Assembly: GCA_963797675.1 (NCBI GenBank)
Contig: CAWCQQ010000008.1
Span: forward strand, 6,425-70,424
Length of the DNA stretch: 64,000 bases
From: an uncultured Actinomycetota bacterium
GTDB taxonomy: Bacteria > Actinomycetota > Actinomycetes > Mycobacteriales > Micromonosporaceae
Direction: 5' to 3'
The first letter of the stretch is position 1. Every line of letters begins with the position of its first letter. The position numbers and the translations under genes are program-made. Positions 54,606 to 64,000 of the stretch are shown in pieces. The notes below the pieces were generated by a model. That model was not told the origin of the DNA. It ran no database searches and was given only the letters and a program-made list of their open reading frames with translations.

Positions 54606-56124
54606 TCAGTTCAGTCCGGCGTCGTTGTTCGTCGCGGTCGTGGCGGCGTCGGTCGAGAAGCCGCAGCCGGCACCCGCCGGTACGGTCTCGGCCGGCGCGC
54701 CCGATGGCGTCGCCGCGCAGACGACCACGCGCCCCGGCGGTATCCCGAGCGTCACGTCGATCGCGGGTGAGGACAGCGTCGGGGCGACCGGCCCGCCGAG
54801 CGTGCACGTGACGACGATCGCAGAGCCGGACACCGTACCGCTGTCACAGGTGATCAGGTTGTGCTTCGGAGGCACGGTCACGATCGGCGTACCGGCCGGC
54901 AGCCACATCGTGACCCGGACCTTCTGCGGTGAGAGGTTCGGGCCGGTGTTGCTCACCCAGGCCCGGACCGTCCGGCCGTCCAGCATCTGTACGTGCGTGA
55001 CCAGGTCATAGGCGGTGGATCCGCCGAGTGCCGCGTCGACGTTGTGACCGGCCGGATCGATCTCGTCCGGTGCGCGCCGCTTGTCGTGCAGCCCGGTCGG
55101 GCACAGTGTCATGTCACCCGCGGCGCAGAACGTCGAATCCGGATCGCCGGACTGATCGATGTGATCGACGCCGATCAACCACCCGCGCCCCTGCGGCTCG
55201 CCGGACGGGCAGAGCGCCTTGTCCGGCTTCGTGATCGTGCAGCCCGGCGTGCCGGGCCCCGATGCGGTCCGACCGCCGATCCGCACCCGGACGCCGGCCG
55301 CCGGTGGCCAGGCTGCCGGCGAACGACAGGTCGAGGTAGCGGGTCGAGCAGTCCGGCGCCGCCGGGCTCACGGTCAGATCGCCCAGGCCGGACGGCACCG
55401 TGTACGCCAGCACCGCGGCCCCCGTCGCACAGTCCCCGGGCGGTACGTAGACCCGGGCGCGTACGCCGGTCAGCGGGCTCGTGCCCTGGTTGAACAGCTG
55501 CCCGTCCATCGCGAACGTGTCACCGGCGCGGCAGATCTGCAGGCTGCCGCCGACGCAGGTGCCGGACGTCCAGGACAGGCGTGCCGCGACGTCGACCTCG
55601 TTCGCCGGAACCACACCGGCGACCGGCGGCGGAATCGTCATCGAGCGGCCGGGCCAGTCCGGCACCAGCCCGACGTTGATGTTCGAGACGCTCTTCGACG
55701 TCAGCACGTACCGGACGAACTGGTTGTTCACGGTGAAGTCGTTGTCCGCACCCGGTCCGACCTTGCAGCTATTCGTGGTCGGGTTCGCGGCCGGCGGGCA
55801 CTGCGACCGCAGCCAGCCCGTCTCCACCTGGAGATAGCCGGACTTCGGCAACGACGTGAACGCATAGCCGCCGTCCGTGCCGGTCAGGGTGGTGTGCGCG
55901 ACCGAGCCGGTATCGATGCGCAGGCCGGCGAGGCCCGGTTCGCCGGGATCGCGTACACCGCTGTCATTGCGGTCGTAGAACACATATCCGCGGACCGCGA
56001 CCGACGCCGCACTTCCGGCGGACGCCTGGTCCGGCACCGACAGCCAGATCAGGAGCAGCGCGAGCGCTGCGATTCCGGCGAGAATGGCGGTCGAGGTGCC
56101 TGCGGCAGAGCGGACGGTACGCAT
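54606..56124 (-). pseudogene. Secreted SdrD-B-like/Cys-rich repeat protein with one frameshift
   Basis: It has a signal peptide (ILAGIAALALLLIWLSVPDQASA) and an SdrD B-like fold motif (RGYVFYDRNDSGVRDPGEPGLAGLRI...TDGGYAF). The C-terminal half lies in ORF 54606..55286. The shift is near 55285-55310. Confidence 0.6.
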
Positions 56125-56175
56125 GGTCTGGGCAACGATCCAGACCTATCAGTGGAAATCGGATGAAACGGTAAA

Positions 56176-56535
56176 TTAACGTTCTTCCGCGCGAACCCAG
56201 CCGGTGACCTTGCGCTCGGCGTAGAACGACAGGAAGGGGATCGTGCCCGCGAGCCCGACCCAGACCACCCGGATCATGCTCCAGCGCGCCCGGGCGGCCA
56301 GCACGAACGTCACGATCAGGTAGACCATGAACAGCCAGCCGTGTGCGATGCCGACATACGTGGCGATGATCTTGTTGTGTCCCCAGAATTGCAGCGGGAG
56401 GCCGACGCACACGAGGATCACCAGACCGGTGCCGACCACATAGGCGAGAATCCGGTAAACCAGCAGGTTGGTGCCGAGATCCGGCCGCGTCCTCGCCGCT
56501 GCGGTGGTGGGCTCGCTCAACTCGATGTCGCTCAT
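56176..56535 (-). CDS. DUF3817-like small membrane protein
   Basis: 119 aa, 4 TM spans, with motifs HGWLFMVYL and GTIPFLSF. Confidence 0.7.
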   Translation of the reverse strand: MSDIELSEPTTAAARTRPDLGTNLLVYRILAYVVGTGLVILVCVGLPLQFWGHNKIIATYVGIAHGWLFMVYLIVTFVLAARARWSMIRVVWVGLAGTIPFLSFYAERKVTGWVRAEER

Positions 56536-57017
56536 GCGCGGGACGTCTCCTCAGATGTGGCCGGATGGATGGCCGGATGGACGGTGGGCGACACGGCCGC
56601 TCGCCGGTAGTCACTCGGTCGGGCGTGGGGGTGCTCCGCCAGCCACGTCAGATATTGGTTGTATTCGGATGTCGGGTCGCCGGCCGCATCGGTGCTCGCG
56701 CTGACCGCCGCACGCGCGGCGCGTGCCTGCGCCGGATCAAACCGGGAAACCCCGGCGGGTACGTCCGGCTCGCCCGGTTCGGCTGCGGCCGGGGCCACGT
56801 CGGGCCGGCCGGCCCGGACGGTGGTCCGGACTTCGCGCAGCCATACCAGCACGACGAATCCGGAAAACAGCGGCCACTCGAGCGTGTATCCGATGCTCAG
56901 ACCGTTACCGCCCTCGGCCCGGCTCAGCTGCCACCACCCGAGCCGCAGGAACGTGACGACCAGCGCGACCATCGCGACATGGCACAGTAGCCAGCCGGGC
57001 GTCGCCAGTCGTTTCAT
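56532..57017 (-). CDS. Hypothetical membrane protein
   Basis: ATG at 57017 lies inside the long ORF 56532..58364 (MKRLATPGWLLCHVAMVALVVTFLRLGWWQL). It has two TM spans and overlaps the DUF3817 start by 4 nt (ATGA). Confidence 0.5.
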   Translation of the reverse strand: MKRLATPGWLLCHVAMVALVVTFLRLGWWQLSRAEGGNGLSIGYTLEWPLFSGFVVLVWLREVRTTVRAGRPDVAPAAAEPGEPDVPAGVSRFDPAQARAARAAVSASTDAAGDPTSEYNQYLTWLAEHPHARPSDYRRAAVSPTVHPAIHPATSEETSRA

Positions 57018-57134
57018 GCGCGCGAGAGTACGCCTGCTACCTGAAACGGCCGTTCGACGCCTGCCCGAGCGTCGGCGCGGACACATTGTCGTTCTGGCAT
57101 GGCGCGTCCGACGATCTAGTGATCTGCTAGGACT

Positions 57135-58988
57135 ATGGCATTGGCGATCGAGGATTACGGCTTCATCGGTGACCTGCATACCGGAGCGCTGGTCGGCAAG
57201 GACGGGTCGGTCGACTGGCTGTGCCTGCCGCACTTCGACTCCGGCGCCTGCTTCGCGGCCCTGCTGGGCACGCCCGACCACGGCCGGTGGCTGCTCGCGC
57301 CGGCGGGTGTCTACGGGCAGGACTACACGTCGACACGCTCGTACCGGGGCGAGACGCTGGTGCTGGAGACCGTGTTCGAGACGGCTACCGGCGCGGTCCG
57401 GGTGATCGACTGCATGCCGGTACGCGACGAGGTCGCGGACCTGGTCCGGCGGGTGGAGGGCATCCGCGGCACGGTGGAGATGGTGTGTGACGTCAATCTC
57501 CGGTTCGACTACGGCAGCATCGTGCCCTGGATCCGGCGGCTGCCGGAGAACACTTCGGCCGGGCACTGCCGGGTGCAGATCATCGCCGGTCCGGACACTG
57601 TGATCCTTGACTCGACGGTGCCGCTGGACTGCGGCGACGATCACGCCGCACGAGCCTCGTTCCGGATCTCGGCCGGGGACGCGGCCGACTTCCGGATCGG
57701 ATGGACCGGCCCGCGCGCTCGGTTCACGCCGGTCCCGGACGTTCGGCGGCTCATCCACGACACCGAGCTGTGGTGGCAGAAATGGTCGTCGAAGTGCCGA
57801 TACGTCGGGCCGGATCGAGATGCCGTGGTGCGATCGCTGATCACGTTGAAGGGACTCACGTACACGCCGAGCGGTGGCATCGTCGCCGCGCTCACCACAT
57901 CGCTGCCGGAGCAGCTCGGTGGCGTCCGGAACTGGGACTATCGCTACTGCTGGATCCGCGACGCGACGTACACCCTCCTGGTGTTGGTCGAGGGCGGCTA
58001 CATCGATGAGGCGCGTCGCTGGCGCGAGTGGCTCGTGCGCGCGCTCGCCGGGCAACCCGAGCAGATGCAGATCATGTACGGCATCGACGGCAAGCGCCGG
58101 CTGACCGAGATGGAGCTGCCGTGGCTGCCCGGCTACCAGGGCGCCGCCCCGGTCCGGATCGGTAATGGCGCGTCCACGCAGCTGCAGCTGGACGTGTTCG
58201 GTGAACTGATCGACGCGCTCTACCACGCACGGTTGGCCGGCCTCGGACCGACGCCGGAGGGCTGGATGGTCCAGACGAAGCTGATGGACTTCCTCGAGTC
58301 CAAGTGGCACGAGCCGGACGAGGGCATCTGGGAGGTACGTGGGCCGCGCCGCCACTTCACGCATTCGAAGGTGATGGCATGGGTGGCGATGGACCGGGCG
58401 ATCAAGAGCGTCGAGGAGTTCGACCTCGTGGGCGACCTCGACACCTGGAAGCGCAGCCGCGACGAGATCCGCACACAGGTTCTGGACCTGGGCTTCAACA
58501 GCAGCAAGAACACGTTCACCCAGTCGTACGGGTCGACCGCGCTGGACGCGTCGACGCTGCTGATCGCGCCGGTCGGATTCCTGCGAGCGGACGATCCTCG
58601 GGTGCTCGGCACAGTGGCCGCGATCGAGCGCGAACTGATGCAGGACGGATTCGTCCGCCGCTACAACAACGACAACGACTCCAACGTCGATGGTCTGCCG
58701 CCCGGCGAAGGTTCATTCCTGGCCTGCACGTTCTGGCTCGCGGACAACTACAGTCTGCAGGGCCGCCACGACGAGGCCCGCGCCATCATGGATCGACTGC
58801 TCGCCTTGCGGAACGATGTCGGCCTGCTGGCCGAGGAGTACGACGTCATCAACAAACGCCAGGTCGGCAACTTTCCGCAGGCGCTGTCGCACATCCAGCT
58901 GGTCAGCTCCGCGTTTACGATCGCGGCTGCGGCCGGGCACTCGGAGATGTCGGGGCCGGCGATAACCCGTGCGGCAACGTCCGCCTAG
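57135..58988 (+). CDS. Glycoside hydrolase family 15 protein (glucoamylase/trehalase-like)
   Basis: 617 aa. The N-terminus IEDYGFIGDLHTGALVGKDGSVDWLCLPHFDS is characteristic. It also has WDYRYCWIRDA and the C-terminal FPQALSH. Confidence 0.9.
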   Translation: MALAIEDYGFIGDLHTGALVGKDGSVDWLCLPHFDSGACFAALLGTPDHGRWLLAPAGVYGQDYTSTRSYRGETLVLETVFETATGAVRVIDCMPVRDEVADLVRRVEGIRGTVEMVCDVNLRFDYGSIVPWIRRLPENTSAGHCRVQIIAGPDTVILDSTVPLDCGDDHAARASFRISAGDAADFRIGWTGPRARFTPVPDVRRLIHDTELWWQKWSSKCRYVGPDRDAVVRSLITLKGLTYTPSGGIVAALTTSLPEQLGGVRNWDYRYCWIRDATYTLLVLVEGGYIDEARRWREWLVRALAGQPEQMQIMYGIDGKRRLTEMELPWLPGYQGAAPVRIGNGASTQLQLDVFGELIDALYHARLAGLGPTPEGWMVQTKLMDFLESKWHEPDEGIWEVRGPRRHFTHSKVMAWVAMDRAIKSVEEFDLVGDLDTWKRSRDEIRTQVLDLGFNSSKNTFTQSYGSTALDASTLLIAPVGFLRADDPRVLGTVAAIERELMQDGFVRRYNNDNDSNVDGLPPGEGSFLACTFWLADNYSLQGRHDEARAIMDRLLALRNDVGLLAEEYDVINKRQVGNFPQALSHIQLVSSAFTIAAAAGHSEMSGPAITRAATSA

Positions 58989-58994
58989 ACACCG

Positions 58995-59387
58995 CTACTC
59001 GTCCGCCTTACCGCGGTCGCCCAGCCACAGGCAGAACGGATGGCCGGCCGGATCGAGCATCACCCGTACCTCGTCCTGCGGTTGGAGCTCGGCGACCGTG
59101 GCGCCGCAGGCCTCGGCGTGCGCCACCGCGCCGTCCATGTCGTCGGTCCAGATCTCCAGGTGCATCATCATGTTGTGGTCGCCCGCCAGCGCCGGCCAGA
59201 CCGGCCGGACGTAGTGCGGTTCGTGCTGGAACGACAGCGGCAGGCCCGCGCCGGGTGGCCGCATGATCACCCAGTCCGGCTCTTCAGCGGCGATGTCGTA
59301 GCCGAGCAGCCGCTGGTAGAAGTGGGCCAGAGCGGTGGGATCCGGCGCACCGATATTGATCGTGGTGAGTTCCAGCCGAGCGGTCAT
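58995..59387 (-). CDS. VOC (glyoxalase/bleomycin-resistance) family protein
   Basis: 130 aa starting at ATG 59387 (MTARLELTTINIGAPDPTALAHFY..). It has the HLEIW and DPAGHPFCL motifs. Confidence 0.8.
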   Translation of the reverse strand: MTARLELTTINIGAPDPTALAHFYQRLLGYDIAAEEPDWVIMRPPGAGLPLSFQHEPHYVRPVWPALAGDHNMMMHLEIWTDDMDGAVAHAEACGATVAELQPQDEVRVMLDPAGHPFCLWLGDRGKADE

Positions 59388-59397
59388 GCCGGTCACT

Positions 59398-60402
59398 TTA
59401 CGCGGCGCGCAGCAACTCGGTGACCTGTGTGACCTGCTCCTGATCGACCGGATACGGCGTGTAGAGCGAGATCCGGCCGACCATGTCGCCGAAACGGGCA
59501 CGCAGACCGGCCGCGACGTGGATGGCGTCGCCGGAGACCGCGAACGCATCCAGCACGTCGTCGGTGATCAGCTCGCCCATCTCCGTCCACGCGCCCTGCC
59601 GGGACAGCGCGTTGAGCTTCGCGCCGAGGTCGGCCCAGCCGTGCTGCTCCAGCACCGGCAGGTAGGAGGGTGTCGACCCGTAGAACGCGATCTGCTTGCG
59701 GATGCCGATCTCGGCGCGGGCTCGAGCAGCGTCGTCGGCGCCGAGTACGACGAACGCGGGCAGGCACAGCGTGAACCCGTCGAGCGAGCCGCGTGCCTGG
59801 CGGAGTGCCGGCAGCGTGTGCTCCCGCAGGTACGCCTCCGTGGTGAAGCTGTGTACGAGCATGCCGTCGGCCACCCGCCCGGCGACGCGGGTCATCAGTT
59901 CGCCGACCGCGGCCAGCAGGATCGGCGGGTTCCCGTGCGGGTTCGGGCCCGGGTTGAAGAAGTCGGTCATCAGCGTGTGCGAATAGAACTCGCCCTTGAA
60001 CATCAGCCGCTCGCCGGTGGCCCACGTAGCCCAGATTGCCCGGATCGCAGCGATGAACTCCTCCATCCGTGCGGCCGGCTTGCTCCAGGGCATCGAGAAG
60101 CGGCGCTCGATATGCGGCTTGACCTGCGAACCGAGCCCGAGCTGGAAGCGGCCTTCGGAGATCAGCTGGATGTCGTTCGCGGCCGTCGCGACGGTCATCG
60201 GATTACGGCTGAACGCGACCGCGATCGCGGACTGCAGCGTGATCCGGGTCGTTGCACGGGCGGCCAGCGACAGGACCGTGAACGCGTCGTGGCTGGTCTC
60301 GGCGACGCCAAAGCCGTCGTACCCGTCCGCCTCGGCACGCACCGCTGCGGCCTCGACCTGCAGTGGGGAGGCGGAGATATCGGCGCTGATATCGACACGC
60401 AT
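59398..60402 (-). CDS. LLM-class F420-dependent oxidoreductase
   Basis: 334 aa with the luciferase-like TIM-barrel pattern (GYDGFGVAETSHDAF, RFQLGLGSQVKPHIERRF, YGSTPSY). Confidence 0.85.
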   Translation of the reverse strand: MRVDISADISASPLQVEAAAVRAEADGYDGFGVAETSHDAFTVLSLAARATTRITLQSAIAVAFSRNPMTVATAANDIQLISEGRFQLGLGSQVKPHIERRFSMPWSKPAARMEEFIAAIRAIWATWATGERLMFKGEFYSHTLMTDFFNPGPNPHGNPPILLAAVGELMTRVAGRVADGMLVHSFTTEAYLREHTLPALRQARGSLDGFTLCLPAFVVLGADDAARARAEIGIRKQIAFYGSTPSYLPVLEQHGWADLGAKLNALSRQGAWTEMGELITDDVLDAFAVSGDAIHVAAGLRARFGDMVGRISLYTPYPVDQEQVTQVTELLRAA

Positions 60403-60404
60403 GG

Positions 60405-61238
60405 CTACTCCTCGGTGCGGGCCGCTACTGCAGCCTGAATCCTTCGCAGCGTACGCAGGCCCTTCTTGGCGGCCACGCGTACCCAGCCGTCGAACACGGT
60501 CACGCCCTCGTCGTCGGCCATGATGCGCTCCAGCGTCGGGATGACCTCGTCATCGCCGGTGGAGCCGAGCGCGATCGCGGCCCAGTAGCGCTGGTCCGCA
60601 TCTCCGTTCGTGGCCATGCCGATCAGATCCGGGATGACCCTCGGGGTGAACGTGGCCAGCGCGCTGGCAATGTGTCCGATCCGCTGAAAGCGCCGGTGTT
60701 CGAGTTCGGCCCACAGCGCGGCGTACGCGGCGTCGCCGCCGATCGTGCCGAGTGCCGCGGCGGCGGCTTCGCGCGTGTACGGGTCCGAATCGCCGAGCAG
60801 CGGCGCGAGGATCGGGACGGTGGACGCGTCGCCGAGCATGCCGAGTCCGATGATCGCCTGCTCGCGAGCGATCCAGCGATCGTCGTCCAGCATCGGGATC
60901 AGCATCGGGATGGCCGCCGTGAAGCCGAGGTCGGCGCAGCCCATCGCGCCCCACGGCTCGCACTGGAAGTCCCGGTCGGTCAGCAACGCGAGCAGCGGCT
61001 GCTCCAGGCTGGCGTCGCCGAAGACGGTGGCCTGGTTCAGAGCGCGGCTGACGAGGCCCGGATGAAAGTCCGAGTAATGGGAGATCATGTGCCGCAGTGC
61101 GGCCGCCGTACCGTCGTCTCCGCTGCGGGCACGGTTGATGAGGTCGTAGAGGTGTTCCTCGCGGTCGGCGAGGTCACCCTCCTGGAGCGCTTGCAGATCG
61201 GCCGGGTTCACCGTGTCACCGTAGTCGTGACGCACCAA
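60405..61238 (-). CDS. HEAT-repeat (PBS-lyase-like) protein
   Basis: 277 aa with repeated units ..D...VR..A..ALG.(I/L)GD..A...L.. Confidence 0.75.
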   Translation of the reverse strand: MVRHDYGDTVNPADLQALQEGDLADREEHLYDLINRARSGDDGTAAALRHMISHYSDFHPGLVSRALNQATVFGDASLEQPLLALLTDRDFQCEPWGAMGCADLGFTAAIPMLIPMLDDDRWIAREQAIIGLGMLGDASTVPILAPLLGDSDPYTREAAAAALGTIGGDAAYAALWAELEHRRFQRIGHIASALATFTPRVIPDLIGMATNGDADQRYWAAIALGSTGDDEVIPTLERIMADDEGVTVFDGWVRVAAKKGLRTLRRIQAAVAARTEE

Positions 61239-61281
61239 GATCTACACACGCCACTACACTTCGCGGCGTGGAGACTGGCTG

Positions 61282-62553
61282 ATGGGCGCGCGTAAACCGA
61301 AGGTGCCCCGCGGCCGACCGCTGCGGGCGCCGCATCACGTCGACGCGCCCGAGGCATCGACCGATGCCCGCAAGGCCGTCTACGCGATCATCGACCGGGC
61401 GCTCACCGCGACCCGCGACCAGGGCGGCGCCGCATTCGAGTCGGCGCTGGACGAGCTGACCACCGCGCCGGATGAGCTGGTCGACGCCTCGATCGTGGAG
61501 ATCACCGAGCACATCCTCGGAGCGATCTGGAAGCGCGGCTGGCAACCGCTGGACGTCGCCCGTACGGTGTCGAAGGGTCCGCACACGGACTGGTTGCGCG
61601 ACATGGTGGCCGGCCAGATCGGCACCTATCCGGCCGACCGGATCCACGACCGCTGGAGCGCCCAACTGGTCGAGATGCGGGCCGACGTGTGGTGGGCCGG
61701 CGATGCATACGCGCACCTGCGCCTCTGGTCCGAGCAGTGGGGGATGCCACGGGTCGAGGCGCTGCGGATTGTGCTTGAAGTCGTCGGCGAGATCAACTAC
61801 CTGCCGGATCTGCCGTTGCTGATGCCGCCACCCGGGCAGGCCCGCCGCGGCACGCTGTCGCCGGATGCCCGGGCCGCGGACAGCCGGATGCTCGGCAAGA
61901 TCCGGGGGCTGCTGGCGAAGGCGGAGTCGACGAAGTTCCCGGCCGAGGCCGAGTCCTACTCCGCCAAGGCGCAGGAGCTGATGGCCCGGCACGCGATCGA
62001 TCACGCGCTGATCGCCGGGCAGATCGACGATCCGGACAAGCCGGTCGGCGTACGGATCACCATCGACAAGCCGTACGCGGAGTCGAAGGCGGTTCTCCTG
62101 CAGCAGGTGGCCGAGGCGAATCTGTGCCGGTCGGTGTGGAGTCCGGACTACGAGTTCTCGACCGTCTTCGGATATGCCCCGGATCTCGACGTCGTGGAGA
62201 TGATGTTCCTGTCCCTGCTCGTCCAGGGCTCGGCGGCGATGATCCGCGAGGGCTCCACGTCGAAGGAGAGCCCGGACCGCACGCGCGCGTTCCGGCAGTC
62301 GTTCATGCAGGCATATGCGAGCCGGATCGGCGAACGCCTCGGCGAGGTGTCGGCGGCGGCCATGGCGGACGCCGCGCAGGATGACGACCGCCTCCTCCCG
62401 GTGCTGGCCAGCCGGGAGAAGGCGGTCGATGAACGGATGCGGGCGTTGTTCCCGGTGTCCACGCGAGGCACGATTCGGGTCCGCGACGAGCGGGGCTGGG
62501 TCTCCGGCCGCGCCGCCGCCGACCGAGCCGCCCTCCGTGGTCAGGACCACTGA
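61282..62553 (+). CDS. DUF2786 domain-containing protein
   Basis: 423 aa with an internal motif KIRGLLAKAESTKFPAEAESYSAKAQELMARH, typical of DUF2786. Confidence 0.7.
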   Translation: MGARKPKVPRGRPLRAPHHVDAPEASTDARKAVYAIIDRALTATRDQGGAAFESALDELTTAPDELVDASIVEITEHILGAIWKRGWQPLDVARTVSKGPHTDWLRDMVAGQIGTYPADRIHDRWSAQLVEMRADVWWAGDAYAHLRLWSEQWGMPRVEALRIVLEVVGEINYLPDLPLLMPPPGQARRGTLSPDARAADSRMLGKIRGLLAKAESTKFPAEAESYSAKAQELMARHAIDHALIAGQIDDPDKPVGVRITIDKPYAESKAVLLQQVAEANLCRSVWSPDYEFSTVFGYAPDLDVVEMMFLSLLVQGSAAMIREGSTSKESPDRTRAFRQSFMQAYASRIGERLGEVSAAAMADAAQDDDRLLPVLASREKAVDERMRALFPVSTRGTIRVRDERGWVSGRAAADRAALRGQDH

Positions 62554-62633
62554 GTCCCGGTTCTCGTCCGGCATCCGGCCGCCGCCGGCGGGCGATCTGC
62601 CCGCGACCGAATATGATGCGGTGGGAGGCTCCG

Positions 62634-63584
62634 ATGGCGGACGACTCGATCGACGGTGTGGAATTCACGCATCTGGACCAGGAGTTATTTGACGGCGCTG
62701 GTGCGACGAAGCGTGATCTCGTCAGTTATCTCGATGCGATCGCCGGCCCATTCGTCGAGGTACTGCGCGATCGCCCGCTGTCGGTGATCCGAGTTCGGCC
62801 GGGCCAGGAACCGTTCATGCAGAAGAATCTGCCGAAATATGCCCCGGACTGGATCCAGACGACGACCCGCTGGGCGGAGACGTCCAAACGCGACGTCGCG
62901 TACGCGCTCGCCAACGACCGTCGGACGCTGCTGTGGTTCGCGAACCAGCGAGCGGTCGAGTTCCATGCGGCGCTCGTGCGGGTCGATCACTGGGATGCGC
63001 CGACGCACCTCATCATCGATCTGGACCCGCCGTCCGGAGAGGACTTTCCGCTGGTCGTCCGGGTCGCGCAGCGGGTCCGCGAGGTACTCGACACGGCCGG
63101 TCTCGCGGGTGCCGTGAAGACCAGCGGTGCCAAGGGTCTGCATGTGTTCGTACCGCTGGCGCCGGCGTCCCATGAGGACGTGGCGGCCGCGACGAGAGCG
63201 CTCGCGGCACGTGTGGAGCGAGTGGATCCGGCCATCGCGACCACCGCGTTCATCCGCGAGGATCGCGAAGGCAAGGTCTTCGTCGATTCCACCCGAGCCG
63301 GCGGTGCCACGGTGGCCGCCGCGTACAGTCCGCGGATCCGGCCCGGCGTACCGGTGTCGTTCCCGGTGGCCTGGGCCGATCTCGACCGCATCACGCCGGC
63401 CGACTTTACGATCCACAACGCCGCTGCGCTGATTGCCGCCGACGATCCCTGGGCGCGGGAGATGCCGTCGCCGGTGGTGCTCGACCCGGCTCTGATCGCC
63501 GAGGGCCACGAGATCCCGATCGCCCGGGTCCAGGCCATGCACGAGGGCAAACGGCGTGCCCGCGCTCGCCACTACATGCCCTGA
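62634..63584 (+). CDS. Stand-alone LigD polymerase (primase-polymerase/AEP) domain protein for NHEJ
   Basis: ATG at 62634 follows GGGAGG. Motifs are FTHLDQELF..G.TKRDLV.YL, IIDLDP, KTSGAKGLHVFVP, KVFVDSTR and YSPR. Confidence 0.85.
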   Translation: MADDSIDGVEFTHLDQELFDGAGATKRDLVSYLDAIAGPFVEVLRDRPLSVIRVRPGQEPFMQKNLPKYAPDWIQTTTRWAETSKRDVAYALANDRRTLLWFANQRAVEFHAALVRVDHWDAPTHLIIDLDPPSGEDFPLVVRVAQRVREVLDTAGLAGAVKTSGAKGLHVFVPLAPASHEDVAAATRALAARVERVDPAIATTAFIREDREGKVFVDSTRAGGATVAAAYSPRIRPGVPVSFPVAWADLDRITPADFTIHNAAALIAADDPWAREMPSPVVLDPALIAEGHEIPIARVQAMHEGKRRARARHYMP

Positions 63585-63598
63585 TTCGAGCATGTACG

Positions 63599-63625
63599 TT
63601 GACTGTCAACCTGCTTGACAGTCAA
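63599..63625. promoter_or_regulatory. Paired palindromes upstream of the marR-like gene (candidate operator)
   Basis: TTGACTGTCAA (63599-63609) and TTGACAGTCAA (63615-63625) are mutually reverse-complementary. Each is a TTGAC-n-GTCAA palindrome. They lie 13-25 nt before the start codon. Confidence 0.5.
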
Positions 63626-63637
63626 TGGCTTGCAAAT

Positions 63638-64000
63638 ATGATCGACGGCATGGCTGATGCAGGTGAGGTTGTCATCCCGGCTCTGTTGCGCGCGGCGCGC
63701 GGTGCCTACGCCCATGCCGTCCGATCGCGACTGGCCGAAGGCGGCTTCGACGACATGCCCGCCAACGGCCCGTTCGTGCTCGGTGGCATCGTCAACAACG
63801 GCGGCAGCGCCGCGCAACTGATTCGTGAACTGGGCGTCAGTCGCCAGGCCGCCAGCCAGCTCATCGACACGCTGGTTCTGCGCGGCTATCTCGAACGCGC
63901 GCCGAGCACCGACGACCGGCGGCGGATGACGATCACGGTCACCGAGCGTGGGAGGCAGGCCGCATCCGCGGTCCGTGCCGGCGTCGTCTCGGTCGATGCC
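63638..64000 (+). CDS. MarR-family transcriptional regulator (3' end outside the window)
   Basis: The frame is open from ATG 63638 (or 63650) to the window end. It has a winged-HTH core (QLIRELGVSRQAASQLIDTLVLRGYLERAPSTDDRRRMTITVTERG). Confidence 0.75.
   Translation, partial: MIDGMADAGEVVIPALLRAARGAYAHAVRSRLAEGGFDDMPANGPFVLGGIVNNGGSAAQLIRELGVSRQAASQLIDTLVLRGYLERAPSTDDRRRMTITVTERGRQAASAVRAGVVSVDA

Noticed and set aside
57018-58364. Upstream two-thirds of the 610-aa ORF 56532..58364
   Set aside because: It is antisense to the intact GH15 gene. Only the last 161 codons (from ATG 57017) look like a real membrane protein.
61216-62574. 452-aa minus-strand ORF
   Set aside because: It is antisense to the DUF2786 gene. 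It is Arg/Gly-rich with no motifs.

Overview
Very GC-rich DNA (about 70% by eye, strong GC3 bias) that looks like an Actinomycetota chromosome segment. I count about 60 protein-coding genes, one tRNA-Val(CAC) and one IS110-family insertion sequence. I saw no rRNA, no CRISPR array and no prophage. Most genes are ordinary: a SecA2-like translocase, PurC, a FabG-like SDR, MscL, ArfB, a GH15 hydrolase, an F420-type LLM oxidoreductase and a stand-alone LigD polymerase domain. There is also a TetR-linked polyamine ABC uptake cluster with amine oxidase and aldehyde dehydrogenase, and a Rieske oxygenase with NuoF-like and ferredoxin partners. Tandem GNATs, tandem acyl-CoA dehydrogenases and a fused ABC exporter complete the list. 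The best candidate for a new system is the minus-strand string at 13.7-20.3 kb. It reads MerR regulator, IS110 insertion, VIT+vWA protein, strong hairpins, small EACC1-like protein, then a caspase-like peptidase with a roughly 300-aa uncharacterised C-terminus. No NTPase is nearby, so it could be an NTPase-free suicide or anti-phage module. The second candidate (3.8-5.7 kb) is a P-loop kinase fused to a ParB/Srx domain, sitting on the decayed remains of an RloA/RloB-like ATPase pair. A window-wide oddity is at least 30 single-base frameshifts clustered in particular operons, while more than 11 kb of other long genes stay intact. This is either real operon decay or locally poor consensus sequence. 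All family calls come from motifs read by eye. No database search was run.
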